Shown: positions 12,573 to 26,344, numbered from the stretch's first letter. The stretch is 64,000 nucleotides of DNA from Octopus vulgaris (GCA_951406725.2 OX597816.1:130014001-130078000), one strand, 5' to 3'. Numbers and translations: made by a program. Notes: a model not told the origin generated them from the sequence alone.

Positions 12573-14059
12573 CTGAAATATCAAAAGAATAACAAGTGAG
12601 TTCATGATTGGTTAGAAATTATAAGTTTGCTTATTATATAAGAACATACTCATGTTGTCAAAAATGCAAACAGTTCTATCAATGATAGAAAATGGTGCAA
12701 CAAAACAATGTGAGAAACAATTTACAAATGTCAGTACACATTGCCAACCCTTATCTCTTTCCAAGAAAGGTAATATTTCACCAAGCTCAAACATGATTAC
12801 ATGGAAGATTGAAAACAAAGAACACCTCTTGCATGACAGTGACACTCATTTACAACTATTGCCTGATGTCAAGGCAATGAGACAGTAAAACACACACACA
12901 TATAAATGATGGGCTTCTTTCAGTTTCCATCTACCAAATCTACTCATAGGGATTAGGTCACTTCTGGGCTATAGTAGAAGACACTTGCTCAAAGAGCCTG
13001 TCCATGTGTGTGTTATCCTTTACTTGGAAAAAGGAAGAGTTAGTTTCAGAAAGGCAGGCATGAAAAAAACAGAATATAAAGAAAGAAAAAATTGAAAGAA
13101 TATATATACATATATATACACACACACACACATACATACATACAGATAGATATAATTTATATATATTATGTAAGCAATAATACTTTGAAAACAAAGGAAT
13201 TTGATTTTTAATTTCAAATATATACTAGCAGGACGTGAAAATTCCAAAGAAAGAAAAAAATTAAAGAGCTATTTAAGAAAGGATGACTTGCATTTTTATT
13301 ACATATAAATCATATTGTTGCCTATGTAATAAATGATAAAAAATATACAATAACAATTTATACAATACTTAGTACATATACCATTCATTAGTGTTTAAGT
13401 CTGTCGAAACTGCAAACTCAATATATAATTGCATATTCCTTATTATGCAATATTTAATCATAATTACTTTACATTATATATAATTAATATACACAATGAT
13501 TTTATTTATATGATTAGTTTCAATTCCATTGCAAATTTTAAGAAATTCACAGCAAAATATTGCTAAATTATTTCACTTCCAGTCACAATAATATATTATA
13601 TGATTTCAATATTTCCCTCGGCGAAACACTTTCTTTTTCTCTCTACCTCTTACAGCAACAAACTTTTTAACCATGAAATTCCCCTCTTCATGTCTTTAAC
13701 ATTTCTCTCTTTCTCTTCACTTCCTATTTCCACTAACCGTGTTGTCATGTGGTTAGTAAAAGTAGCTGTCAGCTATCTCCCTCACAGTGTGGTTAGTGGA
13801 AGTGGCTATCTGCTATCTTACTCACTCCCCTTCACTCTCTGTCACTCACACTCCTTCTACTTCACTGTCTCCTTCCTTTCCTCTGTCACTCTGTCAATCT
13901 CACCTTCTCTCTAACAAATAAGCAGAATATAGAATTGTGTGGGTGCATGATATTGATAAAATAAAATATAATTTATGATAAAAATTTAGTTTCATTCTGA
14001 TTAAAATACCAATGACTTCAAAGCAAAATATCTCATTGCAGTTCACCTACATTTAGCAT

Positions 14060-14445
14060 CTCTTGCTTCCCAACCACGTGGTTCCAGGTTCAATCCCAGT
14101 ACATAGCACCTTGGACAAATGTCTTTTACAATAGTCTTGGGCCAATCAAAGCCTTGTGAGTGGATTTAGTAGATGGAAACTGAAAATAGCCTGTCATGTA
14201 TATATATGTTTTGTGTGTGTGTGTGTGTGTGTCTGAGTCTGTGTGTGAAACACATCACTTCTTGACAACTAGTGTTGGTGTTTATGTCCCTGTAACTTAG
14301 CAGTTCAGCAAAAGAGACCAAAAGAATAAGTACCAGGCTTAAAAAATAAGTACTAGTGTCGATCCATTTGACTAAAAAATTCTACAAGATGGTGCCCCAG
14401 CATGGTTACGGTCTAATGACGGAAACAAGTAAAAGATAAATGATA
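14060..14445 (+). mobile_element. tRNA-derived SINE, family A
   Basis: ggttcaatccc B box, accttggacaa core, internal (TG)n; same layout as 36990-37410. Confidence 0.8.
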
Positions 14446-14479
14446 CAAAAACACATGTAGCATATATTATATATATATA

Positions 14480-14902
14480 ATCAGAATCGAAATCGATCAA
14501 TGGAAATTGCAGATGTGTTACCAGTGCCGGTGGCATGTAAGAGAACCTTCCGTTTCGCGACTGTTGCCAGCGCCGTCCCGACTGGCCTCGTGCCGGTGGC
14601 ATGTAAAAAGCACCATCCGTTCATGTCCGTTGCCAGCCTCGCCTGGCCCTCAGGCCGGTGGCACATAAAAAGCACCATCCGTTCGTGGCCGTTTGCCAGC
14701 TCTGTCTGGCACCTGTGCGGGTGGCACATAAAAAGCACCCACTACACTCACGGAGTGGTTGGCGTTAGGAAGGGCATCCAGCCGTAGAAACACTGCCAGA
14801 TTTGACTAGGCCTGATGAAGCCTTCTGGCTTCACAGACCCCAGTAGAACCGTCCAACCCATGCTAGCATGGAAAACGGACGCTAAACGATGATGATGATG
14901 AT
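14480..14902 (+). mobile_element. RTE LINE 3' UTR with four ~63-bp units and (GAT)n tail
   Basis: Homologous to the UTR directly following the RTE ORF at 35043-35850. Confidence 0.85.
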
Positions 14903-14941
14903 ATATATATATATATATATATACACATACATATATATTGA

Positions 14942-15331
14942 CTAGCAGTATCGCCCGGCGTTGCTTGGGTTTGTTTCGACCCGCTGGAATTGGAATTTTT
15001 GAAAAGTAAAACTTTTGCATTATGTAGCTTGTTATTCTCTTCATGTGAACATTTTTCTGGTTGAAATACACCGAAAAGTGGCGACACAGCAATGACAAAA
15101 CCGTAAAAAATAGGGATTTTCATAGAAAAAAGCACCTTTTTGATGTAAATAATTTTTGGGTTAACATGGTCTGATTTGAATTTTATCTTCTACGGAAGGA
15201 AGAGCAACCCTTCTTCTATCATACTCTCAATTTTGGTCAACTTGCGTCACAGGGTCTCGGAGGAGATAGTGTTAGTTGAAGCCTACCAAACCTGCCGCAC
15301 ACAGACAACTTCAGCTTTATATAGAGAGAGA
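14942..15331 (-). mobile_element. Non-autonomous Helitron (390 bp)
   Basis: Minus strand A|TCTCTC...; 3' imperfect hairpin CCCAAGCAACGCCGGG, then CTAG|T. Confidence 0.75.
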
Positions 15332-15989
15332 TAACACGCACACATTAATACACATACATACACACACACACACACACACATGTATGTATGTATGTATATA
15401 TGTACATCTGTCCACTTCTTGCCATATTTTTATCCTTCACTTCCTACACACACACACCTTCTTAGCTTACAATTTCTATCTTTCAACAATTGACAACTGA
15501 AGTATGCTCGCCAATGAATAATACTATCAAAAGTTAGTGACAGATCTCTGTTTCCTTTTTTTTTTTTTTTGAGGATTGGTTTAAGCATTAATAAGAGAAA
15601 GTAGCAGAATGTGTGATGTTGAATAAGAGTTGCAGAAAGAGGATATGATAGTGGTATACACTTGCAAAGAGAAAGTAGGAGAAAGTGTGGTAATAGCAGG
15701 AGTAAAGCATTTGAAATGAGAGAGGCAAATTGTAAAATATTGAGTTTTCTCGAATTTTTGCTTAATTGGAGGTGAAATTGAAAAAAATGTATAGGCCATG
15801 ACCCAATGGAATCTACTTTGAAAAATCATAGGTAAATTCCAATTGAAAAAATTCTATATTGTACAATTGTATTAAAAACAAACTATGTGAGAGGCAGAGA
15901 AAATCTGCCTTTTATCATAAGAGATATAAACACAACAAGACTCATATTCCACAGCAGAAGTTTTAAGACCAATTCCTCTGGTAATGAAA

Positions 15990-16228
15990 AGCACACATAG
16001 AGGTGCCACATAAAAGTGTTTGTGCATTGTCATATAAAAGCACCTGCGTAGCGCTACATAAAAGCACCCAGCACACTCTGTAAAGTGATTAGTGTTAGGA
16101 AGGACATCCAGCCATAGAAACCATGCCAAATCAGACTGGAGCCTGGTGCAGCTCCCCAGCTTGCCAGCTCTGGTCAAACCATCCAACCCATGTCAGCAGG
16201 TCAACGGACATTAAATGATGATGATGAA
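15990..16228 (+). mobile_element. RTE 3' tail, 24-bp-unit subfamily
   Basis: cataaaagcacc units, then gttaggaaggacatccagc and a (GAT)n tail. Confidence 0.75.
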
Positions 16229-16529
16229 ACTCTCACAACATACTTAGTCACCACCAAAGATTATATTGTGTATCATTGGCCAATCAGCATAACAGGGTCA
16301 AACAATTTTATAGGCCATGCTATTTCAAACCATGATCTTATGAAGCTCATACATTTTTCAAGGTATTAACAGCACAAAGAAAGTGAAATAACAACTGGAT
16401 ATCAAGAGCAAGTTTGTTAAGGGCTTAGAACCAAACCTTGAAGAAAACTTCTGGAACACAATCAATCTGTAATACATGTAACCAATGGTAGTAATAGATA
16501 AAACAATCTTTAGAAATAAAAATACTAAC

Positions 16530-16777
16530 TTTAAGTTTGCAGTCTTGGACATCGCATTGAAGCATTCATCTCTTGATAGGATTCGATGTGAGAAAAACTT
16601 GCCAGCAGGATCTATAAACCGAGTAATAGTATGTGCATACATACGTACACCAAATGTACATATGTGCAGTTCATACAGTTTGGAAATGTTTTCTAAGAAC
16701 TGTAAAGTGTGTGGCCGAAGTCGAGTATGGTACCAGAGTAAGTTCATACCATGTCTGAGTTGAAAATGGTGAACACC
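16530..16777 (-). CDS. CTDP1: CTDP1 exon 5
   Basis: GVHHFQLRHGMNLLWYHTRLRPHTLQFLENISKLYELHICTFGVRMYA...RILSRDECF; AG/GT flanks, phase 0 to 2. Confidence 0.95.
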
Positions 16778-18847
16778 CTTGAAAAAGAAAATAAGAAAAA
16801 AAATTAATATAGGAAATAGTGTGTGAAAGAGGAAAATATGTCACTCCAAAGAAAAAGGGAAAAAAAAAAAACACATTGAATAGCTTTGTTCTTCCTTGCC
16901 TAACTAATTGATCTCTCTGAAGACATCTTTCTCAGTCTTTAGAAACATGCTGTGCGTTCCATTCCCAAACCATGCAACTTATCAACTCTACCAACTATCA
17001 GCCTATTGCTCTCACTTCCAACATCTCAAGGGTTGGAAACAGATATCAGTAACAAACTCCTTCACATTATCTTTTTCTCCCTATTCATTGACCACTAATA
17101 TGGTTGATCCAGATCTATGAGAAATTTAACAAAAATAAGTGTTACAACTGGACAAAGCCTTAAACTCCACCTGGCTTGAGAAAATTTAGTTGAGATGTTT
17201 GTCTTTGATATTGTAGTGATGATCTCCTTTTAAGGGGAACTTTAATATTTGTGGACAACTGGTAGCCCACATATTATATAGTGAATGTTTCAGAACTTGA
17301 ATGAACACATACTGCACAAACTCAGCCACATTGTGATTAGGTTGCAACCGATTTTACTGGACAAGTGAAATTTTGTTTTTAATCATCAACTAATTAAAAA
17401 GATTCAGTCATTTCCCCTCAAATGGGACCAACTTCACACTTCCCATTTAGTCTTCAAATAGGTGATATGTATATAGTAGAATCGTCACAACACACACACA
17501 CATATATATATACAAACATATGTACACACATACATAGGTAACAACACACACACACACATACATACATACATACATACATACACAGCATTTTCTAGGCAAG
17601 TACACATACATACACAAATGTATATTTAGACCTATTGAAATAGAAGAATGCTGAATTCACTGAACACCTATTATGTGTTAATCATAAGCATTGCACAGTT
17701 TTTCAGCTTATATATGGTCTATCTAAAGAGAACTAATAATTCTTGTGGTTGGACTAGAAAATTTTGTCTACAACAAATTTGTACCATTTGGACTAAGCAT
17801 TCAAGTAGCAAGTAGAAAATGCATCTACATCACATATTTTTCAGTCTCTATTTGTCTCTCATTTTCTTGATTCAGAAGTTTGTTAGCAGACAGTAGCATG
17901 GAAGCATGTGCTCACAGCACTCCCTTCACCTTCCATTCTATTGGTTCTGTGATATGCTACACTTTTTCTTCTTATCCATTAACTGTCAGTTGTTCTGACC
18001 CTGCCAACTACTTGCAGTTAGACCTAACAAAATACACTTCTATATTGATGATACAAGCTTTCATTTCTGCTTAACATTTTGAACATTGTATGCAAGCAGT
18101 ATCAACATGCAACTTAAATTCATGCAAGACATCAAAACATACACATTTTTTATGAAGAGAGAGAGAGGGGGGGAGTTAGAGAACATCATTCATTAGAGAC
18201 ATGACACTGTATCTCTTGCTACATAAATCAAAGCACAAACACACACACACACACACACACGCATATATATATATATAGGTATGTTGAATCAAACAGGAAA
18301 AATAGAATTCAAAATATGAGTATATGTATATTTTTATTAATATTTAGCAAAAGTAACAGAGTGACTGAAACTCCCAAACCTCAAATCATTGTGTTACTTC
18401 TGCTAAATATTAATTAAAAAATGTTTATATATAATGTCTGTCTTCTTTACTGGCATGGGTTGCGATGGACTTCTATCAGTTTCCGTCAACCAAAACCACA
18501 CACAAGATTTTGATCAGTCTGAGGCTATAGTGGAAGATACTTGCCCATAGTACCATGCAGTGAGACTGAAGCCAAAAGCATGTGTTAAGCAAGCAAGCTT
18601 CCTAACCAAATAGTCAAGTCTTTATGTGTGTACAGATGTTTCTGCTGATATATAAAGCAAAATGAACTGATAAATTTTTTAAGAACACCTTTGTTCAACC
18701 CAAGTTATATAGTCACTCCCTTCTTGCTTCGTCATAAATGCAATTAACCAGTGATTGGCCCATTGGGCACCTATAACTAAAGACACAAGACACTAATGTT
18801 CACAAAAAGCAATAGTGAAAAAAGAAAAAAAAAAGACATATATTTAC

Positions 18848-18973
18848 CTTTAAGTTTGGTGGTATGTCATCATTAGTTGTATGTATCAAAGTTTGATCCA
18901 AATCAACGAGAAGAACAAGTTTTCTGGTGTTTTTCAAACGAATTTCATCAGCTCGACCCAGTTCCAAGGCTTG
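18848..18973 (-). CDS. CTDP1: CTDP1 exon 4 (catalytic DxDxT motif)
   Basis: QALELGRADEIRLKNTRKLVLLVDLDQTLIHTTNDDIPPNLK; AG/GT flanks, phase 0 to 0. Confidence 0.97.
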
Positions 18974-20284
18974 CTTAAATCAAATGAGACAATTTCAAAA
19001 GTCATTATCATAAGCACAGAATAACCTCAAAGTTTTCAAAACAAATGGATACTAAGAAATAATAATAAGAAAAGCAAGAGAAATAAAAACTGTACTCAAA
19101 TAATAATTAGTTAGATCTTTAATGCTGAGTTCAAAATAACACCGGGGTTAAGTTTGCCTTTCAGCATTCAAGGGTCAACAGGAGAAAGTACTAGGGGGTT
19201 GATATAATTGACTATTCTCCTCCCTCAAATTTGAGACCTTATGCTTATGTTAGAAATCAATATTTGAAATTTGTATTAATTTCTTTTTAACTATTATGAT
19301 TTACAAAAACCACTCATACATAATCATATAGACATACATACATACACAACTGATTAGCCTAACTACAGTTTAGTGCTCCACCATTCTGACTATTTACTTA
19401 TAACTTTCTTAATAATGTGTATATTTTAATAAAATTCTACAGAAAGCATTCACTAATAACATTTTTGATTTGTACTAAAGTAAACTGAGTAATTTTTTTT
19501 TACCATGCCTTCCAGTTTCATGTTAACAATGAATAATATTGATCAGGATAATGTCATAGATGTTTTTTATATGAACATTAGCAAGATACTGAACAGTGAA
19601 AAACAAATGGAGTTATTTACTTCCTGAGTAAAAAAACAAAATGTTTTTTCTTTTCTAAATTTCATCAACATAATTGTCAATTATATATTTCAAAATGTAT
19701 CTCTGTAAAATGTTGTTATAAATTATGAGGAAACAATGTCAAGAAGTATTAAACTCCAGTTATACCAACTCATATTTCCCCTGATCCTTGGATGTCTTTA
19801 AGTGGCAAATATTCTGACCAGATAAGTTCTTTCCTACCAATGTCTTTCCTACAGATATTGACCTGAGCATTTGCCAAATAAATCTCACAACTTTTTGAGA
19901 GGGCCTAATTTTTTGAGAGGGACTAATTTTTTAAGAGAATAAAAAACAAAATTTTCATATAAGCCTCAGATTTCAATTGAAAAGATTGAGAGTGTGGTTA
20001 GATTAATGCTTTTCCCAAGTATATTAGCAACTTAAAAATGGAATGAATTTAACAAGAAAAAAAACTGGCATATGAAATACATATACCACACATTAATATT
20101 CATACACTTATGCTACATACAGTAATAGCATAATATAAGTTAACACAAAATACTATATGGAATCATTTCTGTAATTCTTCTGAATATTTAATTTCTGTTG
20201 AAAGTTTTTTTAAACTTTTATCTCTTTACATTAAATAACACTAAAATTTGAATAATTCTATTGAATTAATAATATATTCCACCA

Positions 20285-20490
20285 AGGCAGTAAGCTGGTA
20301 GAATTGTTAGCACACCAGGTAAAATGCTTAGCTGTATTTCATCTGTCACTACATTCAAATTCTGCCGAGGTCAACTTTGCTTTCATCTTTTGAGGGTCAG
20401 TAAAATAAGTACCAGTTGAGAACTGGAGTTGATGTAGTCGACTTAACCCCTTCCCATAAATTGCTGGCCTTGTGCCAAAATTTGAGACCA
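20285..20490 (+). mobile_element. tRNA-derived SINE, family B
   Basis: agctggtagaa head, ttcaaattctgccgaggtcaactttgctttcatc core. Confidence 0.75.
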
Positions 20491-20570
20491 ATAATATACT
20501 CCACCTATTCTATATTCTAACAAGAAAATTGATTGTAAATATAAAAGGTAAAATAGTTTGAAATACTGAC

Positions 20571-20661
20571 CTCCTCGCTGACAATAAGTTCTGGAATACT
20601 ATGAACCATAGCTACAGTAGCACTGACTGTTTCTTTTCGATCACCGGATACACCCATTTCA
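20571..20661 (-). CDS. CTDP1: CTDP1 exon 3
   Basis: EMGVSGDRKETVSATVAMVHSIPELIVSEE; phase 2 to 0. Confidence 0.93.
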
Positions 20662-21965
20662 CTACAAAGAGAATCATGCATTTAATAGATACTTAAATTC
20701 CAATACAAGTACAATATTTCCATGATAATATCATCATCAATTTAGTTTCACTTTCCATGGACAAACTGTCACAGTCCAAATCAGTTCTTTTTGAAATGAC
20801 TGCCCTTCTAGATGGTTGGAATCCCTTTTGAACACCAGCTATTTTTCAGAGTATACTGGGTGCATTTTATTGTGACATCAATACTAGACACTGCCTTGTC
20901 CTCAACAAAACTCTGTTCTTTCAAAGCAAATGTAACTGAGAGGGTGAAAGAAAGAAAGAAAGAAAGAAAGAGTATGAATATGAGTGTGATGAAGAAAACA
21001 GTGATAGGATGGTAGAGGAGGTATTAATGAGAGTGAGAGAGGCTGATTGCTATGTTTGTTGCCAGTATGAATACATAGGAAACAACATGAGTATCATGAT
21101 GGAATAGCAATAAAGATCACAGAGACACACAAATAGAGACGAGTGATGGATAGCAGCAGAGATAGAGAGTGAGGGTAAGTGAGAATGGTAGATGACAATG
21201 AAGCATCACAAGGATCACACGGTAAGATAGCAAGTGAGGGATAATGACAGAGATGGGTGATAGATGTCAATGATGTATCTTTTATGCCATGATGGAAGAG
21301 AGGTGATTGCTAGAGGATGATGGCAGAAGTAAGGTTGAGAAATGATGGAAGAAATGAATAAGAAAGACCAAATGCCATCTCTTATTACACAGGTAATGTG
21401 GTGAATGATTTTTTTTTCATAGGTACAATGCCTCAGACTCCAAAAGAGACAATGCTGTCACATTAATGCCATTATGGTAATATATCCATCCTCATCAAAT
21501 TCATTTACCACTGATCCAGAATAACAAAGTAGATTAGTTATGAACCTTGTTATACTTATCATGAATTGATTTGTGATAACACAGCTCAGTGATGCATCAA
21601 AGATTCTGTTTGATTGTAGACACATGCATCATTGACCATCCACAGTGCTGAGGACAACTTGGGATCTCAGAACAAACCTATTTTCCCCATATATTCCATT
21701 ATTCCTTTTTTACTGAATCATTTAATACAGTGTTTTGGAACCAAACACCTATGATAAATGAGTATAGATGTATATGATACATTGGCTGGCTATATAAATA
21801 ACCTTCATGACTAGTACAGAACAGAAAGGAATTTCTTAAAGATAAGGGAACACATTTATAAAAAAAGGTTTTTTTTTCAAAATTAAACATCCACTTTCCA
21901 TGCTGGCATGGGTTGGAGGCCTTCCTAACATCAACCACTCCAAGAGGGTAATGGGTGCTTTTTAC

Positions 21966-22200
21966 ATACCTATTTCTTTATTACCCACAAGGGGCTGAAC
22001 ATAGAGGGGACAAACATGGACAGACATAGGTATTAAGTCGATTATATCGACCCCAGTGCTTAACTGGTACTTAATTTATCGACCCCGAAAGGATGAAAGG
22101 CAAAGTCGACCTCGGCGGAATTTGAACTCACAACGTAACGGCAGACGAAATACCGCTAAGCATTTCGCCCGACGTGCTAACGATTCTGCTAGCTCGCCGA
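21966..22200 (-). mobile_element. tRNA-derived SINE, family B (young, CpG-rich)
   Basis: Minus strand ggcgagctagcagaatcgttagc ... gagttcaaattccgccgaggtcgactttgcctttcatcctttcggggtcgataaattaagtacc (resembles the MetaSINE core as recalled). Confidence 0.85.
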
Positions 22201-22535
22201 GTCAGGTGGCACTGGCATTAGCCATGCTCGAATGGTGTTTTTATATATCAACATGAGATGGAGCCTCATTTGGAGTTACAGTACCAAGAAGACCAGAGCC
22301 CCTTTCACAAGCCCTACAGACAGCACGCACTTATTTTTCAAAAGAATTATAAGAAGTAAAGTAATTACTTTACATATATAAAACTATATATATTCTTGTT
22401 GGAAATTGACTGGATTAATATATAATCTTCTTCATCATTTAACTTTTCAGCCTATAAATCGGCCCTGTCATATTCTAAGGGTTAAAAATATATAAATCAA
22501 TAAAAACAGAAAATAACAAAATAAAAGAATCTTAC

Positions 22536-22619
22536 TTCCTAAGATCAGCACCACAATCAGCACACATGTCTTTCATTACAGTAGGATGGGTGCAGGCTTC
22601 AATGTGTATAACCACCATG
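22536..22619 (-). CDS. CTDP1: CTDP1 exon 2
   Basis: MVVIHIEACTHPTVMKDMCADCGADLR (conserved C-x-H...C-x2-CG); phase 2 to 2. Confidence 0.95.
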
Positions 22620-23201
22620 CTGTAACAAAAGATCAAATCAATAATTTTATATTCCCTTTGATGTCAACTTTATCTACAACATTTATCTATGGAAAGCATT
22701 ATAAATTACAAACATGATGCATATTGCTTTTATTTATTTTAATTTTTCAAATAAAATTAAATGAAAATATTTTTCCATAGTAGCTTGTGTTCCACAAGTT
22801 TCTCATTTGACTGGAAGAGTAGTATTTATAATTGAATGTTCTGTCTAAAACCAGAGACAGAGCCTATATGCTAAGTAGAACAAAGGAGGTTAGTAAAGCG
22901 ATGTACTTTATACAGACACAACACAATAAATAAATCTTAACATATAGGATGCAGCTTCCAAAATTAAGTGGTGCTCCAAAGCAAACCAAACTTATAGTTC
23001 AGTATGTATGAAACAATGGTGAATGAATATTAATGTGATTGATTATCTTAGTTAATGATTATGATTGGTTATTTAGGTTAATGAATGTCAGTCACTGTAC
23101 AAATGCTTGCTGTAGTAATTAACAAAAAGAAGAAAAAAAATCAACTAAAAGAACATTTAATATTTTTTGGGAAATTAAAAGGAGTCACAGTGCTTCTTCA
23201 T

Positions 23202-24135
23202 TTAACCCTTTAGCATTCAAACCAGCCATATCCAGGCCCAAATATTCTGTTTCTTTTTTGTTCAAACTGGCCAGGTCCAGCCTCTCACACCAATCCTACA
23301 ATGTCACTCTAAAAATAAACAATCATATCATTGAAATCTCTAAGCAATGAGATAATGCATGATTAATTCAAAACAATGTGAATTTTTATTCACAAGCCTT
23401 ATATTTGATTGCATGGGTCAGACAAGAGTATGTAAAAGCAGAGATTTTCTACAGCTGGATGCCTTTTCAGTTGCTAACCCCACTTGTTTCCAAATGAGCT
23501 AATTAATAATCTCCTCATCTATGGAGCAGTTGAATCAATTTTCTGAATATTACTGGTACTTATTTTATCAGCCATGAAGGGATGAAAGGACAAGTTAACA
23601 CTAGAGAGATTAGAAGTTAAAGGGACAAAACTAAATACTTCAAGGTCATTTAATCCAACTCTTCAACATTTGTAAGTCTAAAGACAGATTTTCAAGGGGG
23701 GAGAAATAGTAAATTGTGAAGATCTTATCACTTTCAAGGACTATAGTGAGATAAATAAAACAAAATCATAAACAAAAATTATAGAATTACTTATATGATC
23801 ACAATAGCTGAAAGCTACTGTATGAGAATAACAACCATATAAGAAATAAATCCAGAAGACACAAAAAAATTAGAAAGATATAGTTATGCTCTAACAGCAT
23901 AAGAGTTAAAGCTAACTTGCCTTAACCTTTTAGCAATTAAACCAGTCATATCAGCTCAAATATTCTACCTGTTTAATGTTCAAGTTGACCAGAGATGGCC
24001 TCTCATACATGCTCTACAATGTCATTCTGAAAATAATCACATTACTACAGTTATGAGACAGTACATGATTAATTCAAAAGAATGTGATTAAATAAGCATT
24101 ACATTTGACAGAGTAATGTGAATGTCAAGTGTTAA
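23202..24135 (+). mobile_element. Two copies of a TTAA-flanked piggyBac-like MITE (about 23202-23400 and 23922-24135)
   Basis: Both start ttaacc(c/t)tttagca and share about 190 bp; the second ends gtgttaa. Confidence 0.55.
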
Positions 24136-24199
24136 ATCATTCCTCATTCCATTAAACTACTGAGCAAAACTTATATGTATAAATTATCTAAACCTAGAC

Positions 24200-24550
24200 G
24201 TGTTAAGACTGGTTCCTCTGGTGGTGTCACGTAAAAGCACCTGTGTGGCACCGTGTAAAAGTGCCCATGCAACGCCACATAAAAGCACCCATTCGGCACT
24301 ACATAAAAGCACCCATGTAGCGCCATGCAAAAGTGCCCATGCAGTGCCTCATAAAAACACATAGCACACACTGTAAAGTGGTTAGGAAGGACATTCAGCC
24401 ATGGAAACCATGCGAAATCAGACTGGAGTCTGGTGCAGCTCCCCAGCTTGTCAGCTCTGGTCAAACCATCCAACTCATGGACAATGGATGTTTGCCAGTA
24501 TGTAAAGCAGAAGTCAAGAAGTTAAATGATGATGATGATGATGATGATGG
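24200..24550 (+). mobile_element. RTE 3' tail with 24-bp tandem array
   Basis: About 6 units of (c/t)(a/g)taaaagcacccatg..., followed by the common terminus and (GAT)n. Confidence 0.8.
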
Positions 24551-24794
24551 GAGAGGATAAACTTAAGAACCACCATGGGCAGCACAGAGCAAAGCTGCAC
24601 AACCAAATGGCTTATGTTTAAAATTAAATCATCTGTTTAGAAACAGAATTATCTAAGATAATGGGGGAAATAACATAAATAATAATGATTGTTTCTAATA
24701 TTGGCACAAGGCCTGACATTTTGGAGGACAAGACTGGTCAATTTAATCCACCCCAGTACTTGAGTGGTACTTTTATTTTATTGACACCCTACAG

Positions 24795-25479
24795 CAGTGG
24801 TTCTCAACTTAGGATCCATATAAAATTTTGGGGAGGTCTATACAAGCAAAATAGTAAATTGGAGATCCACAATAGTATTTTAAGGGTCCATGAAAAAGTT
24901 TTGCTTTTGATATATTTATTGCAAGAAACAGCTGAATTTCTTTCTCTAATGTTTTGCATAGTTTAACGTATTTCCAACTACTGAAACATGTTCTTTCAGT
25001 GCAAGTGAACATGTGAAAAACAAAATTGGAATTTTGAAAGACATATCAATAAATCTAATTTTTAAACACTGAATGATTATGGTGGTCCACCAGAATAAAA
25101 TAGCAATCAATGGGATTCATAGATAAAATGGTTGAGAAACCTTCCCCTAAAGCAGTGGTTCTCAACCGAGGTCTATATAAGATTTTGGGGGGTTCACACA
25201 ACTAACTGGTAAATTGGTTATCCACAATAGTATTTTAAGAGCCCCTGAAATGTTTGAAATGTATGTATTGGTACATGTTGCAAGAAATAGCTAGGATTCT
25301 TTCCTTAACATTTTACATAGTACAATCTACACAAGTTAATGTGTGAAAAGCAAAATAGGAATTTTGAAAATAGTTTCTATAAAGCTAGTTTTTTAACACT
25401 GAATGGCTACAGGGGTGCACCAAAATAAAATAGCACTCAAAAGGGTAGATAGGTTAAAAAAAACAATTGAGAAACCCTC
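24795..25479 (+). mobile_element. Tandem pair of hAT (Charlie-like) MITEs
   Basis: CAGTGGTTCTCAAC...TTGAGAAACC termini; 8-bp target CCCTA(C/A)AG at 24787, 25145 and 25480. Confidence 0.85.
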
Positions 25480-26344
25480 CCCTAAAGGATGAAAAGTAAA
25501 GCTGACCTCAGCGGAAATAAATGTCTCAATAGTTTAACTCTACAACAGCAGTCAGTGTTCAGACGATATCCGTCTTTCTCAGATTGTGTGTTTAAATGAG
25601 AAATGGTCAGCAAAAACAAACCTGTGATACACATATGTGTGACAGTGATAATAATTTTACAGAATTTATATATTTAGAATTAAATTGTTCTACTACAGAA
25701 ACAGAAAATTATTTAAATTGTTCTATATTACAGTAGCCAGTGGGCGTTATAGTTTTTTTTTATCAATAAATATATTTTTTAACTACCCAAAATTGTTTAT
25801 ACACAATGCCATGCACTTAAGATTGGAAAATAAGGACAATTTATGCATCTGTTATTGACAATAAACATGCTACTATTTGCACTACAGCTGGCTCATAGCT
25901 TTCGCTTTTCCAAATTTCTGTACAACTGTCTATCTGTTATACTGTAAATACACAGACCAAACATCTCGAGAGAGATGACAAATTCCAAATGACATGTTTT
26001 GTGTGGTTTTAAACAGTATTTCCACTTCATCTTATCAACATCAAAGCTTCCAGATTGATGACAAGGAAATTATGAAATACATCAGCTTTCCCTAGAATAC
26101 ACACACATTTATGGCACAATGTCACAGTGTGCTGACAAGAAATTTCATGCAAATCAGTCAAGTCACCTTTCTTTAGATACAGCTTACAATGTCTGTGTGA
26201 GGTCATAAATCTCATCTAGAATTTGTTACAGTTTAGCCATACAGTTATATTTCTTCCACCAATGTCTAATATTTTCATCTTGAACACCTATTACAAGAAA
26301 AATTGTCACATACTATACAGCTTATGAACGACTTAATTCTGAGA

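Noticed and set aside
13385-13420. Further hammerhead-like scrap (cgaaactgca)
   Set aside because: No recognisable CUGANGA core or stems remain.
14523-14740. CRISPR-like repeat/spacer appearance (also 34398-34620)
   Set aside because: The spacers are homologous to each other, there are no cas genes, the context is eukaryotic, and the array is part of an RTE 3' UTR.
20930-21370. Long purine-rich GA tract
   Set aside because: Low-complexity intronic sequence without ORF, periodicity or termini that I can support.
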